Assembly: GCA_030704615.1 (NCBI GenBank)
Contig: CM060734.1
Coordinates: forward strand, 50,406,001 to 50,470,000
Direction of reading: 5' to 3'
DNA: 64,000 nucleotides
Source: Takakia lepidozioides
Taxonomy: Eukaryota > Plantae > Bryophyta
Position 1 is the first letter of the stretch. Each line of letters begins with the position of its first letter. This document shows, one piece after another, positions 42,505-54,703 of the stretch. The notes beneath the pieces were generated by a model. The model ran no database searches. It was given only the letters and a program-made list of their open reading frames with translations, and had not been told where the DNA came from. A program made the translations under genes and the position numbers.

Positions 42505-43105
42505 TCTGCAGAAACCTGTTGCCCTGTTTCTGGAAACAACAATGGGTAGCCACAAACACTGTAGCAGCATCAGAAAAGAGACACAAATTTGCTGTCCCTG
42601 GGGGTGGCCAAGCAGAACAACACAGAACAACAGAAAACAAACAGTGGAGAGAGGCCAAATGTGAGTCAATTCTCCAAGATGTCATCCCAACTTCCAGACA
42701 AGGACTGCATGCACTCGGAGTCCCAGAAGACCAAGGGGGACCAATGAAGGACAATAGAGACCAAATGGGAGTCAAATTGATTGAGTTCCAAGTATCTTAG
42801 AAAACCCCTCATGGCGAGACTTTCCAATCATCCACAAATAGTAGAAATTTGAGTAATATGTATGGAGGATTGATGATGTCCCCAAGATGGGGGTATCGGG
42901 TCGCACAGCCAAGCATGGACCCAACATTTAATAGCACTTGGCAGTGAAAACCAGAAAAGCATAATGTTCACTTTGAAAAGTCTTTCCAAACGATAGTACT
43001 GTGGAAGTCTGAACATTCTATTGAATCTTGATAACAATTTTAAACATCAAACTATTTTGCTCGAATGCAAGTGTGGTTTCCGCTCTTTGTTGTAAATCCA
43101 AGTGT
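42505..43105 (-). repeat. Inverted, more diverged partial copy of 40604-41370
   Basis: Reverse-complement similarity; e.g. VGMTSWRIDSHLASL appears in ORFs at 40972(+), 42185(-) and 45337(+). Confidence 0.85.
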
Positions 43106-43744
43106 GATAGTCACTTCTTCCCACTGCAGTTGACTACCTTCAAAAATATGTGGCCCCATATATTGGCAGCAACCAAAGCATGTGTCTGATTGATTGCCAA
43201 CATGAAATTTAGATATCATTCACAGCACAGAAGGAAACATTTGAAGGGTATCTCTATTACAACTTCTTGAGTAGCTCACCTTGCTATTATGCTCGTCTCT
43301 CATCCACAGAAAAGATCATCAGCAGAATAAATTGTTCAGTCCAAGGAGGATCCAGGATAAGAGTTGTGACTGTGTACCAAATCTTACCAGGGCCTAGAAA
43401 CATGACGTACTTTTGGCCATTTGCATGTAGACGTCAACAAAAGGGCGTAACGTGTCTTCAGAGAGCTTATTGGGGTCAAGTATGAAGTCCTTATAGTCGT
43501 CCATGTAATCAATTTAAGTAGCCGAATCTTGACAATTGTGGAAGTGGCTGTATGCGCCTTCTGAAGGCTTGTGATGGTCTGTCTCTTCAATTTGGTTGGT
43601 GAGGCTCCATAAACTCAGACCAACTGGTTTCGAAGTCATAAGCCTTCCACGTATTGTACTTACAGTAGATTAGTTCTGAATGGCTATAGAGCCCAAATGG
43701 AGAAACAGGTACAGGCCTACATTGTGGCTAACCATTTCTGTGAG

Positions 43745-44970
43745 AGTACAAGAGAGAACGAACAAAAGAAAGCATTTGTTGGTGTGCATTGGTAGCTCAA
43801 ACAGCGTGGGAAGAGAGGAAAGTAGAACATGAAAGAGAGAGAGAAAGATGAGAGAGCTCAGCTCATGGGCGAAGGATTCCATACTTCCGCGGGAAGCTCC
43901 AAGCGGTACGAAGGGAAGCCAACAAAGGAAGCAGGGCCGTGCACAAGCAGCCCGCAATGACGTTTGTTTGATCCAGGGAGTGAACGCCGGTCGCGGTACT
44001 AAAGGAAGAACGTGCCCAAATATACCAAGCCCAATGGTCCAACTTGGCTATTATTTTTCTACCGAATTATCCCATATCGTTTGGCACGAAGTGGGTACGT
44101 ATCCGCAGATATAAAGGCGGTCGGTGCATGGGTTCCCATACTTACCTGGGCGGGGTCTATCGGTTATCAGCAAGGTCGATGGCCTAGGAGAGCCCGCTCC
44201 ATTGCACTTCGGTGGGGGTGATCCTAGCGTCTCTCTACGGAGGGCACGCACGTCGTAATTTGTGGCAGAGGGGGCTCGCGTTCGCGCGGCCCCCACAAGT
44301 CTATCCCAACCTTGGAAGAAGTATAGGTAGCGCTAAAAGTTATGATCGGCTGTCAGGCGGAAATGAGTTGATCAGACTGTAGTGACGAGATGGATGGGGG
44401 GATTCAGAAGCTGGCCATTGCTTTGACAATTACAAATAGCCCGAGGCATCGCAGTTTTCGGGGAAGTTGGCGATCCCCACACACCGCCTGGGATGGAATG
44501 CGTATCCATACCATCAAGAACTTTGGGGTGTGTGGTGATTGCCAACCTGCCCCTAAAACCGTGATGCTCCTTGGGTAATGCTCCAGATAGATGTGATCTC
44601 GGACATCGGCTGTTGGTTGGGCCCTGGCAGCAGCCTACCATCTGGATCAAGCAAGGTTGTCCTTCCCACCGAGAGAGCTCTCGTCAGAAAAAGGCACCCC
44701 CTTGCCTTCAGTATCAAGTTTCGCTTTGGCTCTCCAAGGCACAGGAGGCCTATCTGTGATGCCAGACAGCCTACTAGTGGAGCGTCGGGAAGGCTATGAT
44801 ATTACTACACATCTGATATTATTACCCTGTGGCCCAGGTGTCGGCTTGATAGGATGACGGACTCTACCGTGCGGTCTATAGGAGGATCACCTAGCGGCAA
44901 GCCATCTGTGCGTGCAGTCGTTTCCGACTTTGATGAGCCTGCCATGGCACCCATGCCATCCCGTTGTACA
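43745..44970 (-). repeat. ~1.2-kb dispersed repeat, copy 2, with a LINE-like 3' tail
   Basis: Reverse complement of 10073-11227. It continues with CCCACGCTGTTTGAGCTA...TTTCTTTTG, resembling the LINE-B tail. Confidence 0.88.
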
Positions 44971-46037
44971 GAAAAGAGCACAAACCACATTTGCATTCGA
45001 GCACAATAGTTTGATATTTAAAATTGTTATCAAGATTCAATAGAATGTTCAGACTTCCACTATGCGCTATCTTATGAAATGACTTTTCAAACTGAATATC
45101 ATGCTTTCTCCTCAAGAGACAATGGAGTATAGCTTGTGATGCAAGTATACCTTTTCACTGCCAGGTGCTATTAAACTGTTGGGTCCATGCTTGGTTGCCC
45201 GTGGCTTGGGATGCCCCCATCTTGGACGTCATCATTCCTCCATATGTATTACTTGAAATTCTACTCTGTGGATGATTGGAAAGGCTCCCCATGAGGAGTT
45301 TTCTAAGACATGTAACTCACTCAATTTGACTCCCATTTGGTCTCTGGTCTCTACTTTCCTTCCTTGGTCCCCCTTGGTCTTCTGGGACTCCAAGGGTATG
45401 CCGTCCTTGTCTGGAAGGTTGGGATGACATCTTGGAGAATTGAACCACATTTGGCCTCTCTCTACTGTTTGTTTTCTGTAATTCTGTGTTGTTCTGCTTG
45501 GCGACCCCTAGGGACAGCAAATTTGTTTCTCTCTTCTGATGCTGCTACAGTGTTTGTGGCTGCCGTTCCTCATTCTGGGCTGTCCCCTGACATATACTGC
45601 GGAAACAGACCGCCATTACTTTATAGGGACCATAAATATGCGCAATGCCATAGTTTAAGCAGATTAAGCCGAATACAAGTTTATCTCTTCTTGCCTGCAT
45701 TTGTCTTATGTCCTGAGTGAGAGATGGGGTTCTGTTAGAGGATATAATAGTTATGTCCACTAGCACCGATGGGGCCCTGATGGAGGTGGACTAGTCTGAT
45801 TTGTGCTTTTTGACAAATTCCGGGTTTGTAGTAAGGGCAGTTTATGTGCACTTGGAGCCGCGACAGGTTGCTACCCTTTCACATGAGTTGACTCTTTGGT
45901 GGACCCAGCTAGAAAGAGGATGAACATAAGTTGTGGAAACTTGTTAGGATCTCATTTCTGATTTTGTGGGTTTGTTTGAACTTCTTTGGAAAAGCTGAGA
46001 AACAAGAGGACCTTCGTGCTATCATGCTTCTGCTTTG
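44968..46037 (+). repeat. Segmental duplicate, copy 2 (lacks the LINE-A stub)
   Basis: Direct repeat of 40604-41832. Confidence 0.88.
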
Positions 46038-46677
46038 TCTACACAGACATTTGTCACAGACACAAGTCATTTGTTCTGGAGAACTGGGGAAGGTTTGCCT
46101 GCTGAGTGCCTCATGACCAAGCAATGTGAGTCAAACGTATACACAAAAAATTAGATGGAAGTAACTGACATGGTTTAACTGATGTCATGGTGAGGGAGTC
46201 TTGCGTATCCAACTCATGATGAATCAAGCAAACTAACTTGACTGCTATGGGATTAGATCTTGGTGAGATAAACGCTAGCTTTGACAACATTCATTAGAGT
46301 CAAGGGCTCTCTTTCAAGCGGTACCATGGGAAACGCACATACATGCCAAATTTGAAAAACTTATGCACACGGAAGCTCAAAAGAATCGTGCTCATTCAAA
46401 ATTGTATTCTCTTTCATCTTCAAACTTCGAAGAAGCCCCCCTTCACTAGTTATCTGCTCCAGTCAGGAGCAATCATGGGCTGACTTTCCTCCTATGAGCT
46501 CTTGGAAGATTGATATAGGCTCCGTACCCGGCCAAATGAATCATGATTCGTGGTGCCAGATGAAAAGCCTCAACAGTGCATCATAGCCAGTATTTCAGGA
46601 TCAATGGTGGATAAACGAAGTAGATACGCACGTCATGAAGCAATACACAGCTTGCACCTTTCCAGAAAATAATAGTT

Positions 46678-47900
46678 TCACCAGTAGTCCCCATAAGAAC
46701 GAACACCATCTGAACACCATCGAAGTGGTGAAAGTGGTTGGCATCCCGTACCACAATTGCTCGGCCAACAATCTTTGAGATGAACTTGGTGGCTGTGTGG
46801 CAGTCACCACACACCAGGCGAAGATTCTTGATCAGATGGAGACGCGTCCCAAGGGCCGTGCTGATCAGCCCAAAACCAATGGCCAGCTTCTCACTGTGGT
46901 GGCAGAGAGAAAACTCCTTCCCCACATCATACCCTGCCTCCTTCATCTGCCCAGACAATTGTCTCAGCTCAGCATGGATTTCCCCAATTTGGGGATGCAA
47001 TTGTCATCGACAACAAAGGTGTGCACCCTGTTGCCACCCTCAATGCATCAGCGACCTGGCTCCCTTCTAACCCCTCTGACTTCCATCATTTTTCACATCT
47101 TTGCAGTATCATCCCACCTGCCAGCTGCGGCATAGATGTTTGATAGCAACACATAAGTCGCAACATCCTGTTCATCCCACTTGAGAATAGATGTTGCCGC
47201 AGGTTCAGCCATCTTCACAGTGCCATGGATTCTGCAGGCACCTAGCAAGGCCTTCCACACCATAGCATCTGGTTTATTGGCATTGAATTAATAAGGTTCT
47301 CTGCCTCATCCAAATGCCCCGCACATCCAAGAAGGTCCACCATGCAGCCAAAGTGCTTTAATGTCAGAGTGACACCATGATCTTGACTCAGGCAATCAAA
47401 GTAGCGTTTCCTACATCCAGTAGGCCAACATGGCTGCAGGCAGAGAGAACACATATGAAGGTGATACTATCCGGCATCAAGCCTTCCGTTTGCATTCCTT
47501 CAAATAGTTGCAGTGCCTCTCTATGATAACCATGCTGGGCGTATCCTGAGATGCACAGCCCGGTATAGGTGGGCAGTTGTTGCTGGCACAAAATGAGATC
47601 TCCAAAAGCGTATATCTGCAAAGCCTCCATCCCACAACCATGCTGGGCGTATCCTGCAATCATCGCATTCCAGGACACCACATCTCGTTCAGCCATGTTG
47701 TCAAACATTCCCTTTGCATTCTCAATACTGCCGCATTTGGCATACATGTCCACCAGGCCAGTGCTCAGAATAACATCCGGTACCGTTCCCGCTTTGATGA
47801 TGTCACAAGGACCTCTTTGCCCTTTTCCAGCACTCCCAGGCTCGCCACATGCATTGCAAACACAAACGACAGGTTGGGCTTCAGACCTTCCCCTATCGGG
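46678..47900 (-). pseudogene. PLS-class PPR protein with E/E+/DYW deaminase domain, frameshifted
   Basis: LVDMYAKCGSIENA...RDVVSWNAMIAGYAQHG, CMVDLLG.AGHLDEA, YVLLSNIYAAAGRW, HSEKLAIGFGLIST, CGDCHTATKFISKIVGR and terminal GDYW*. Several frameshifts and stops. Confidence 0.92.
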
Positions 47901-47934
47901 CATAGGCAGTCCTCCCCTTACAGGAAAAGAAAGA

Positions 47935-48915
47935 GAATGAAATGAAATGGAACTTGTAACGTCCAAAGAAAGCTCAAAGAGCTTATGGGACAAAATGGGA
48001 AAAAACAAGAGAGAGAAAATAGTAACAGAAAATGGATTTTGTCTTCAAGCCGTCTGCACACCAGGCATTGACTTTCCTCTCTGCATCCGTTTATTGTCCA
48101 GAAGTAGACTTCCCACCCTGAGCTAAAATTACAGTAGTGCCAAGGCAGCCCTACACTCATCCATGTCACAAACTGGAAACCAGTTCAGGGTAACTTTTGT
48201 TCGGACATTCTGCACGCTTCCAACATGGCCTTAGACACGTCAGCTTCCAATCAGCTTCATCTTAGCAGGGCTATATTCAGGTACTCGAAAATCTCCTCTT
48301 CCCGTTCCGCCAGGGCTTCACCTACGGGGTTGGACTAGATGTTGGCAGATCCACTGCCTTTGTCTCCAGACACAATCAGGGGTTCAGGCAGCTGTCCATC
48401 CACGCATCCCAGACCCAGCCCAATTCTCTGAACCTTTTTTCTTGAAAGAACCTCCCTCTTCTCAGGCCTTCAGACATGCAGGAGCCAGTTCCCATTTCGG
48501 GCTTAGAATCCACAATGCTCCATTTGTAGTACTTCCACCCTTCCTCATCAGCTCCCACCCCTGACCACATGAACATAATGTACTCATAAGATGTTTTCCG
48601 TAGCCTTGTGGCCATAGACCGTGCGCCCAGTTGGGGCTGAACAAGAGGGAACAGACACTACATCTGTGAGGGTCTCACACTCCAGTTGTGGGACTTACCT
48701 TGATATAAACAATTAATTCAGGCTCTCCAGATTTCCTCTAGAAAGCTCTTCACACAAACGTCAATCGGCTGTGTGCGATCTGCCCAGCAATTAGACCCCA
48801 GCAGGACCAAGGCTTTATGTTCAGCCTCAAGATGTTGAAATTTGATGAACAGAGGTGCAGGGATTATGTACCTGATGGTCTTATCACTCTCTGATGAGAA
48901 TACCCCGGACATTGT
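47935..48915 (-). mobile_element. LINE-B tail (47935-48000) and LINE-A fragments (48100-48300, 48578-48915)
   Basis: CATTT tail; CWADRTQPIDVCVKSFLEEIW; terminus CTTATGAGTACAT. Confidence 0.75.
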
Positions 48916-48924
48916 AAGAGAAAA

Positions 48925-49215
48925 TGGATATCCAGCCTCCTTTAAATGCAAAGACAATCTCCTCAGCTCAGCATGTATTTTTTCAATTTTTGGATGTGAT
49001 TTGTCATCTACACAGAACGCATGCACCTGGTTCTCCACTTCAATGCAGCTGTGCCCTGGCTCCTTTCTCACACCTGCATCCTCCATCATCTTTCTTACCT
49101 TTGCTTGATGATCCCACCTCCCAGCAGCAGCGCACATATTGGATAGGAGCACATAAGATCCAGCATCTTCTGTATTGCACTTGAGAAGGCATTTTGCAGC
49201 TTGTTCGGCCCCAAA
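48925..49215 (-). pseudogene. Second PPR E/E+ domain fragment
   Basis: AEQAAKCLLKCNTEDAGSYVLLSNMCAAAGRWD...VRKEPGHSCIEVENQVHAF...HPKIEKIHAEL...KEAGY, cut off by LINE-A. Confidence 0.85.
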
Positions 49216-50275
49216 GCCCCCAGAAATCACAATATCACCAGCTTTGGAAATAAGATCCATGGCTGGGTTTGCATATATATAATCACTGAAGTATGGGTTG
49301 AAGGGAGGTGTGCGAAGCCTATCGCACATATGGGGCAGCAATCGTAGCATCGTAACTCCAATTTAGTACATGACATGAAGGGGTTCCCCTTTCACAACCC
49401 ACAACCTGCGGCAGCAGGAACAGGTCCTCCACCAGTCCCTAATACTCCTTTGCTTCCTTCTGCAGCCCGGACATTTGCAAGTCATTGACTTCCTTCGTCA
49501 GTGTTGTTTGGTCATGGTTAGTCCTAGCAACATGGACAGCAAGCACCACCAGAGCCCACTCTACAATCTCCAGACTGCAAACATAAGCTGGGTTAGCATC
49601 TGTGTAAGTCTGGACATGTTCGTTGTTCCACATCGTGTAGAGCCCAATGGAGCCCAAAACAACTTGCATGAATGTTGTTGAAAGCTCACTAGCACCCCTC
49701 AGTAAAGGACCTTGTCAAAATGTTGATGCTGTCGGATTTTCGAGCACAAACCTCTACCTTGGAGCACGGAGCAGAGCTGGCATGATCAAAGATCCTTCAC
49801 GATGGTAGGACAACCGCAATTGCAAGGTGTGGTTTTTTCTTAATGTACGATGTGAAGAAGTTTGTCCATCCTGCAAATGTGGGCTCTTGGCTCCTGTTAG
49901 TACCATGATTTGGTATTCTTCCTGATCTTTACAAGGTTCTTGGGAGAGTCAGCTTGGTCTTAGCAGGCCGTGTTTCAATCTCTGCCTGCTCAGCTGCACT
50001 GTGGTGGTTCTCACAGACCAATCCGACATTACCTGACTACAGACACAAGCAGCACACACAAGAGATCCTTTTGGGATGATGGTCGGTCACATCCTCCATG
50101 GGTCATGACACAAGGTCAAGGACAATGTGGTGAGGGCACATTCTTCTTCGACCTATTTCAGCGTGTGTTGCCCTCTCATCAAACTCGGCCTTGAGATGCA
50201 TATTGAATTCTGTAAGTTACGGTGGATCTATGGTGGTTTGGAGTGACTTTGACAAGTTACTGCCGATGTGGCAGC

Positions 50276-50620
50276 AGGAAAGTATCAAGAAACAGATAAC
50301 AGAGATGAGGAGAAGCTTTGGAATGAACACTTTTCCGACCCCAGTCAATGGTGGGACAATGGAGACAAAAAGGTCTACAGAGAGAAGCAGATGCAATTCA
50401 GAATTGGAACTTCTGTAATAAGTAGGGTTGGGGTGTTTGCTAGAAGAACTTCACGCCGTCAGTGTCAGCTGCTAGTAGCACGGCTGAGGATGTATTCATG
50501 ATTTGTACACAGGCAGGGATAGCTGAAGGATCAGGGATAGAGGTCCAGATTCATCCAAGAGGGTCGGATATCAAACACAAGATTACTTTTGATTCCCTGT
50601 GGATCAATAGCTACAACCCC
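50276..50620 (+). pseudogene. Two exons encoding an OSB-type PDF motif (orphan)
   Basis: KLWNEHFSDPSQWWDNGDKK | intron 50373-50548 | IHPRGSDIKHKITFDSLWINS matches the PDF-motif consensus LW..FF.NP.EWWDNR..K.NPR.PDFKHK.T...LW. Confidence 0.8.
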
Positions 50621-51124
50621 ACAACATGCCTCTACTCCTCACTTAGCTAGCTCCATTCATGTTTCACTACTTGTTCCATGCACTCTTACTTTTGATCTCA
50701 CGTGTTTGAATGTTGAGAACCGTCAGGTGATCTTCACCCCCGCAGCTCGGACAGCTCGGACAACTCGCATTCAAAACATGGCATCATCTTCTTTAGAATA
50801 ATGTTTGAATTTTGTGCTAGTTTTCTGCACCATTTGTAGCACTCAGGGTTTTTCCTATGGGATGTTTTGTCCTCCACCCAGCTTGCAGGGTGAGGTATTC
50901 TTCCATAGGTTTTTTCATCCCTTGTGTGCCGGGTGTATAGCTTGTTTTGGCTAGGCTTCATTTTTGTTCTCCCTGAGCACATCACTCGCAGGAGCTCGCA
51001 GTTTCTTGTGGCCCCACCAGGCTTCACATATGTGGAGCTAGGATTCATTCTCACCTTACTTTTCGACATTGTCAAGTTAAATAAGCACAGTGTGAAAATG
51101 ACTAGAATAAAGCTAGTTATTTGT

Positions 51125-51241
51125 ACTTAACACTTGGATTTAGGTCAAGTGTTAAGTCAGGTGTCAAGTTTAGTTTGACACCTGAACCGTCTTATCTTCA
51201 CGAGAGCGGCAGTCGCGCAGCTCGAGTTGAGCCTGCGCGAC
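51125..51241. other. Three closely spaced hairpins with perfect stems
   Basis: Stems 51125-36/51146-57 (12 bp), 51157-67/51175-85 (11 bp) and 51212-20/51233-41 (9 bp). Confidence 0.8.
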
Positions 51242-52488
51242 CGAGCTCCTTCATCGCTTTAGGACTGAGTGTGCTTATGATGGGAGTGTAGGTTGTTGTG
51301 GGGTGGAGTCCCCATAGCTTGGGGTGCCCCTAGCTCGACTTCTATTTTAAAGAGTGACAGCGATGGATTCATGTTGTTTCTGGTGTGAACAGTGTGTTCT
51401 TAGTTTTCTATCACTCGAGAGAGATGAGCCATCTAGTTTTCTAGTGCTAAGCTAGATATGATGTTTTTTTTAGCACTATTATAATATAACTTGGTAATCT
51501 ATGAGTCCAAGAGATATGTAGATCCCCACATTCTTCTATTTTCTCTGTGGGTTCTTGCACTGTTGGGGAAGTCGGGTCTTTTCGTCTGTCCAAGGCTCTC
51601 AACCACAAGTATGCGTCTCATTCAAGCTATGTTAGGGACTCAATCTTGGAGCTGACAGCCGCTGCCGTGTTTTTTAGGCTGTGAGCGAATCAGTTTGTAG
51701 TTTGCTGCGACGTCTTCAAAAGGGCCTGCGTCAGGTTGTACTTGTGTGGGAAATCTTGATCAATCTGCTTTGAGGTCCGTGGAGCAGCCCTAAGCAGTGG
51801 CGACAGGAGAGTTCTTGTCTGCCACATCCTTCCGCGGTGAGGAGATGGGGACGATGCAGAAGATTTTGTTGCAGGGAAGAGAATGGCGTAGCCAGACTGA
51901 ATGAAGCAGAGGAAGCGACGTGGAGGGGATGACATTGAGACGGCAGCAGAGGCTCAGCTGTGGAGGCAGTTCACATTAGCAACGTGGCTTTACCGAATAC
52001 AGCAGCTTTCTGGACAAGATGCTTGCGAGGTTGTAGGGGTCAGCTGCAAATGCTAAATGCTACTATGTTCACTTGCAGGTAGCTTCTGCGACAATCTAGT
52101 ACAAACAACATGCACAATTGTAGCAGAAGCATGGTCAGACGAGTTCTCCAGGAAAGCTCTAAAATGCACAGGACCATTTCTGCTCCGTCTAATGGGTATG
52201 CTGTGTCTGTTGCAGCAAAGCTGTGACAAGCAAATTGTAGGCAGATCACCTTCACCTGCATGTGGTTTCATGTGCTCTTTGGAGACTTGTGTCTCTGTTC
52301 CTTATGAAAGGGCTGTTGCTATGGATTGTGACTGGTGATGCTCAGTTGAGTAAAGGAACGAAGTTCACTCCTCCGATGTTTTTGTGTGCAACCTAGTCTG
52401 TAATTGGTGCCAACCTGGCTTAGGGGGCAGCTGGCTTGTAGCTGAGGTGAAGAGCCGGTTGAATGCGACCATTGGGGGCTCTACCCAC

Positions 52489-52917
52489 ATTCTCCATACA
52501 CTCAAGGGTCCCAGCAGTAACGGGCTCCACAATCAATGCGTCCTTGAGCTTTCCATCATCATCTTTTTGAAAGCAGTGAGCCAAGCCTAACACAATATAG
52601 TCATCGTCATTCCAGTCTAGGTCTTCTCCCACGGCAAAAGCCTTGGCAATCGCACAGGAAGGTTTTAGACTGTGCCTGGCAAGTTTAGAAAAACGGACAG
52701 AGGTTCCCGTCAGTGACGGCTCTACAAAAGGAGAGCGAGAAAGACGACTTCCTGTGGATGATGAAGCTGGCTCTCCCAAGTAACCCTCCGTCAAGTGAAC
52801 TGCATCTACTGGAGCTCGGCTCGACGAAGCCTTTGCTGACGATGCCTCTCTGTTGGAGATGGCGTCTACCGCCAAACCAGTTTTCAAAGCCTTCGAGTAA
52901 CCTGCTACAAACGCCAT
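52489..52917 (-). CDS. First exon of a probable plastid-targeted, cyanobacterial-type conserved hypothetical protein; later exons not found
   Basis: ATG at 52917. A Ser/Ala/Arg-rich transit-peptide-like N-terminus is followed by DDDYIVLGLAHCFQKDDDGKLKDALIVEPVTAGTLECMEN, then a GT donor at 52488. Confidence 0.6.
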
Positions 52918-53433
52918 CGAAACAGCTACAGCCAGAAAGCGAAGCGAAGAAGACAAAAGACGTTGATGAGTGTAGAAGGATAGCTTAGAAACTGATGGAA
53001 AAAGGCCGAGGTGGGCTGTCACAGGTATTTGCCATACAGGTGAGTGGGCTCCGTGAAGACCTCAAAAAAAAAAAAAAACATGCCGGCACCTGTGCACTGC
53101 ATAAAAGCAATGGAGAAGGGAGCAGTTTTTAATGGCGAGAAAGTTTTGGTGTTAAAAAAATAATTAAAAAAAAAACCATTTTGATCTAATTTAAATGATT
53201 TAGAGCCTAATTGGTCATAACTTTGTCAAATGAGCTCTGTTTGACTCAGTTTTTGTGGGGATGGCTGTAGAAAGGGGAAATCTACTTATCTAGACCTGGT
53301 TTTAGGTTTTTGGACTCTGCTACAAATCTATGGAATTTTTTTGAGTGTGAGGGTGCTATAAAAGATCCACAATCCTGTTTCTAGAACCTGTTCTGGTCTA
53401 CATGAGAGATAAATCTGGGGATGTACTCCTTGT

Positions 53434-54183
53434 ATGGTTGGGGGAAATGAGGACGTAATTGAAGGGCAGGTCTCTTCTCTTAGCCTGTGCACCCAAGGGG
53501 ACAAGATTTATGTTTCCCAAGGAACTCAGACTGATTTGAGTGAAGAACAGTTGGACGAGTTGATTGCATACTGGGAGTCAGGCATTAGCAGTAGACAACA
53601 GACTGCTGTAGTTGGCATTGAGGGCCTCAATATCGCCTTGGACAGTCAGAACTCTGTTGGAGCCAGCAGTTCTGCAGCTGTAGGTGAAATACAAAAGTGG
53701 GTGAAAGCTATGCTTGGGACACAGCCAAAGACAGCCCCGGAGACCAAGGTGTTTAGCCACAAGGCCGTGGTGTATTGAAGTAGAGGAGCAGGAGCTACAC
53801 AAGTTTGTGCAATCAGACAGCGTTGCAGCCGGACACGCTCTGCACAAGGCAACCACAAGCGGGGGTTCATTAGCGAGGACAAGTTTGTTTTGTTTGAAGG
53901 AGATGCAGTCATTCGCAATGAGGACACCCGCAACCGTCTCAAAACTTTCGAGTTGAGAGACTATCAGACCCTACCTTTGTTTTCTTTAGTGTTCAGTGAG
54001 CGGGAGATAGCAGAGTGTTGCTTTGTCTCTACCTGGCAGAAAGAGGAGGAGGGTTGGTTAGAGCGAGCTACTGTAGCTTGGGACAAGGTTAGTGGCAGGT
54101 TTCTGGACATAGATATACCTCCTACACCTTACCATCATGCAGAGCGAGGCACTTTGAGAGAAGTCTGGCAGTTGATAGCATAG
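53434..54183 (+). CDS. Unknown ~250-aa ORF upstream of gag, with one in-frame stop
   Basis: ORFs 53434-53778 and 53890-54183 are in the same frame, with only the TGA at 53776-53778 between them. Confidence 0.5.
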
Positions 54184-54703
54184 ATCAGGATTAGATCTTG
54201 CTTGGTCGGGCTTCTATTCTTCTCCTCCATCTCTTTACTATTTTCATTACTTTGCACTTGTAGTTGCCAAAGCCTCTCTTGGTGGAGGCCAGTCAGTCCG
54301 GGGTTTTGGGCTGGGATATTCTGCAGGATCAGCATTGCAGCTGGATTTTGGTGTGGGGGTGTAGATGTTTTGATTTCTCGTGTTTGGATCCCTCCCAACA
54401 TCTGCATGCTTGACTGTGCGCCATGTTGGTTTTGTGTGGGCGTTTGCTTTCATAGGGATTAGGCCGGATTTGATCACCGGTCAATCCTAGAGTATGTTGT
54501 CGGTGGTGAGGCTGGAGTGATGACCAGCAAGACCACCAGTGTTTGTTCTATGGTGAGGCTGGGTTGATGACCAGCCAACCATAGGAGTTCTTGCGGTGGA
54601 TGCAGGTGCAGGTGCCCTGAGCCATTGGGATATGACCCTTAAACTGCAACAGGTGCCCACCCGTGTCACTATTAGAATCAGTACTAGAGCCCTATAGTGT
54701 CAC

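Noticed and set aside
14904-48000. CRISPR-like or satellite array from recurring 40-70-nt repeats
   Set aside because: The repeats are dispersed LINE 3' ends with irregular spacing, in a eukaryotic context with no cas genes.
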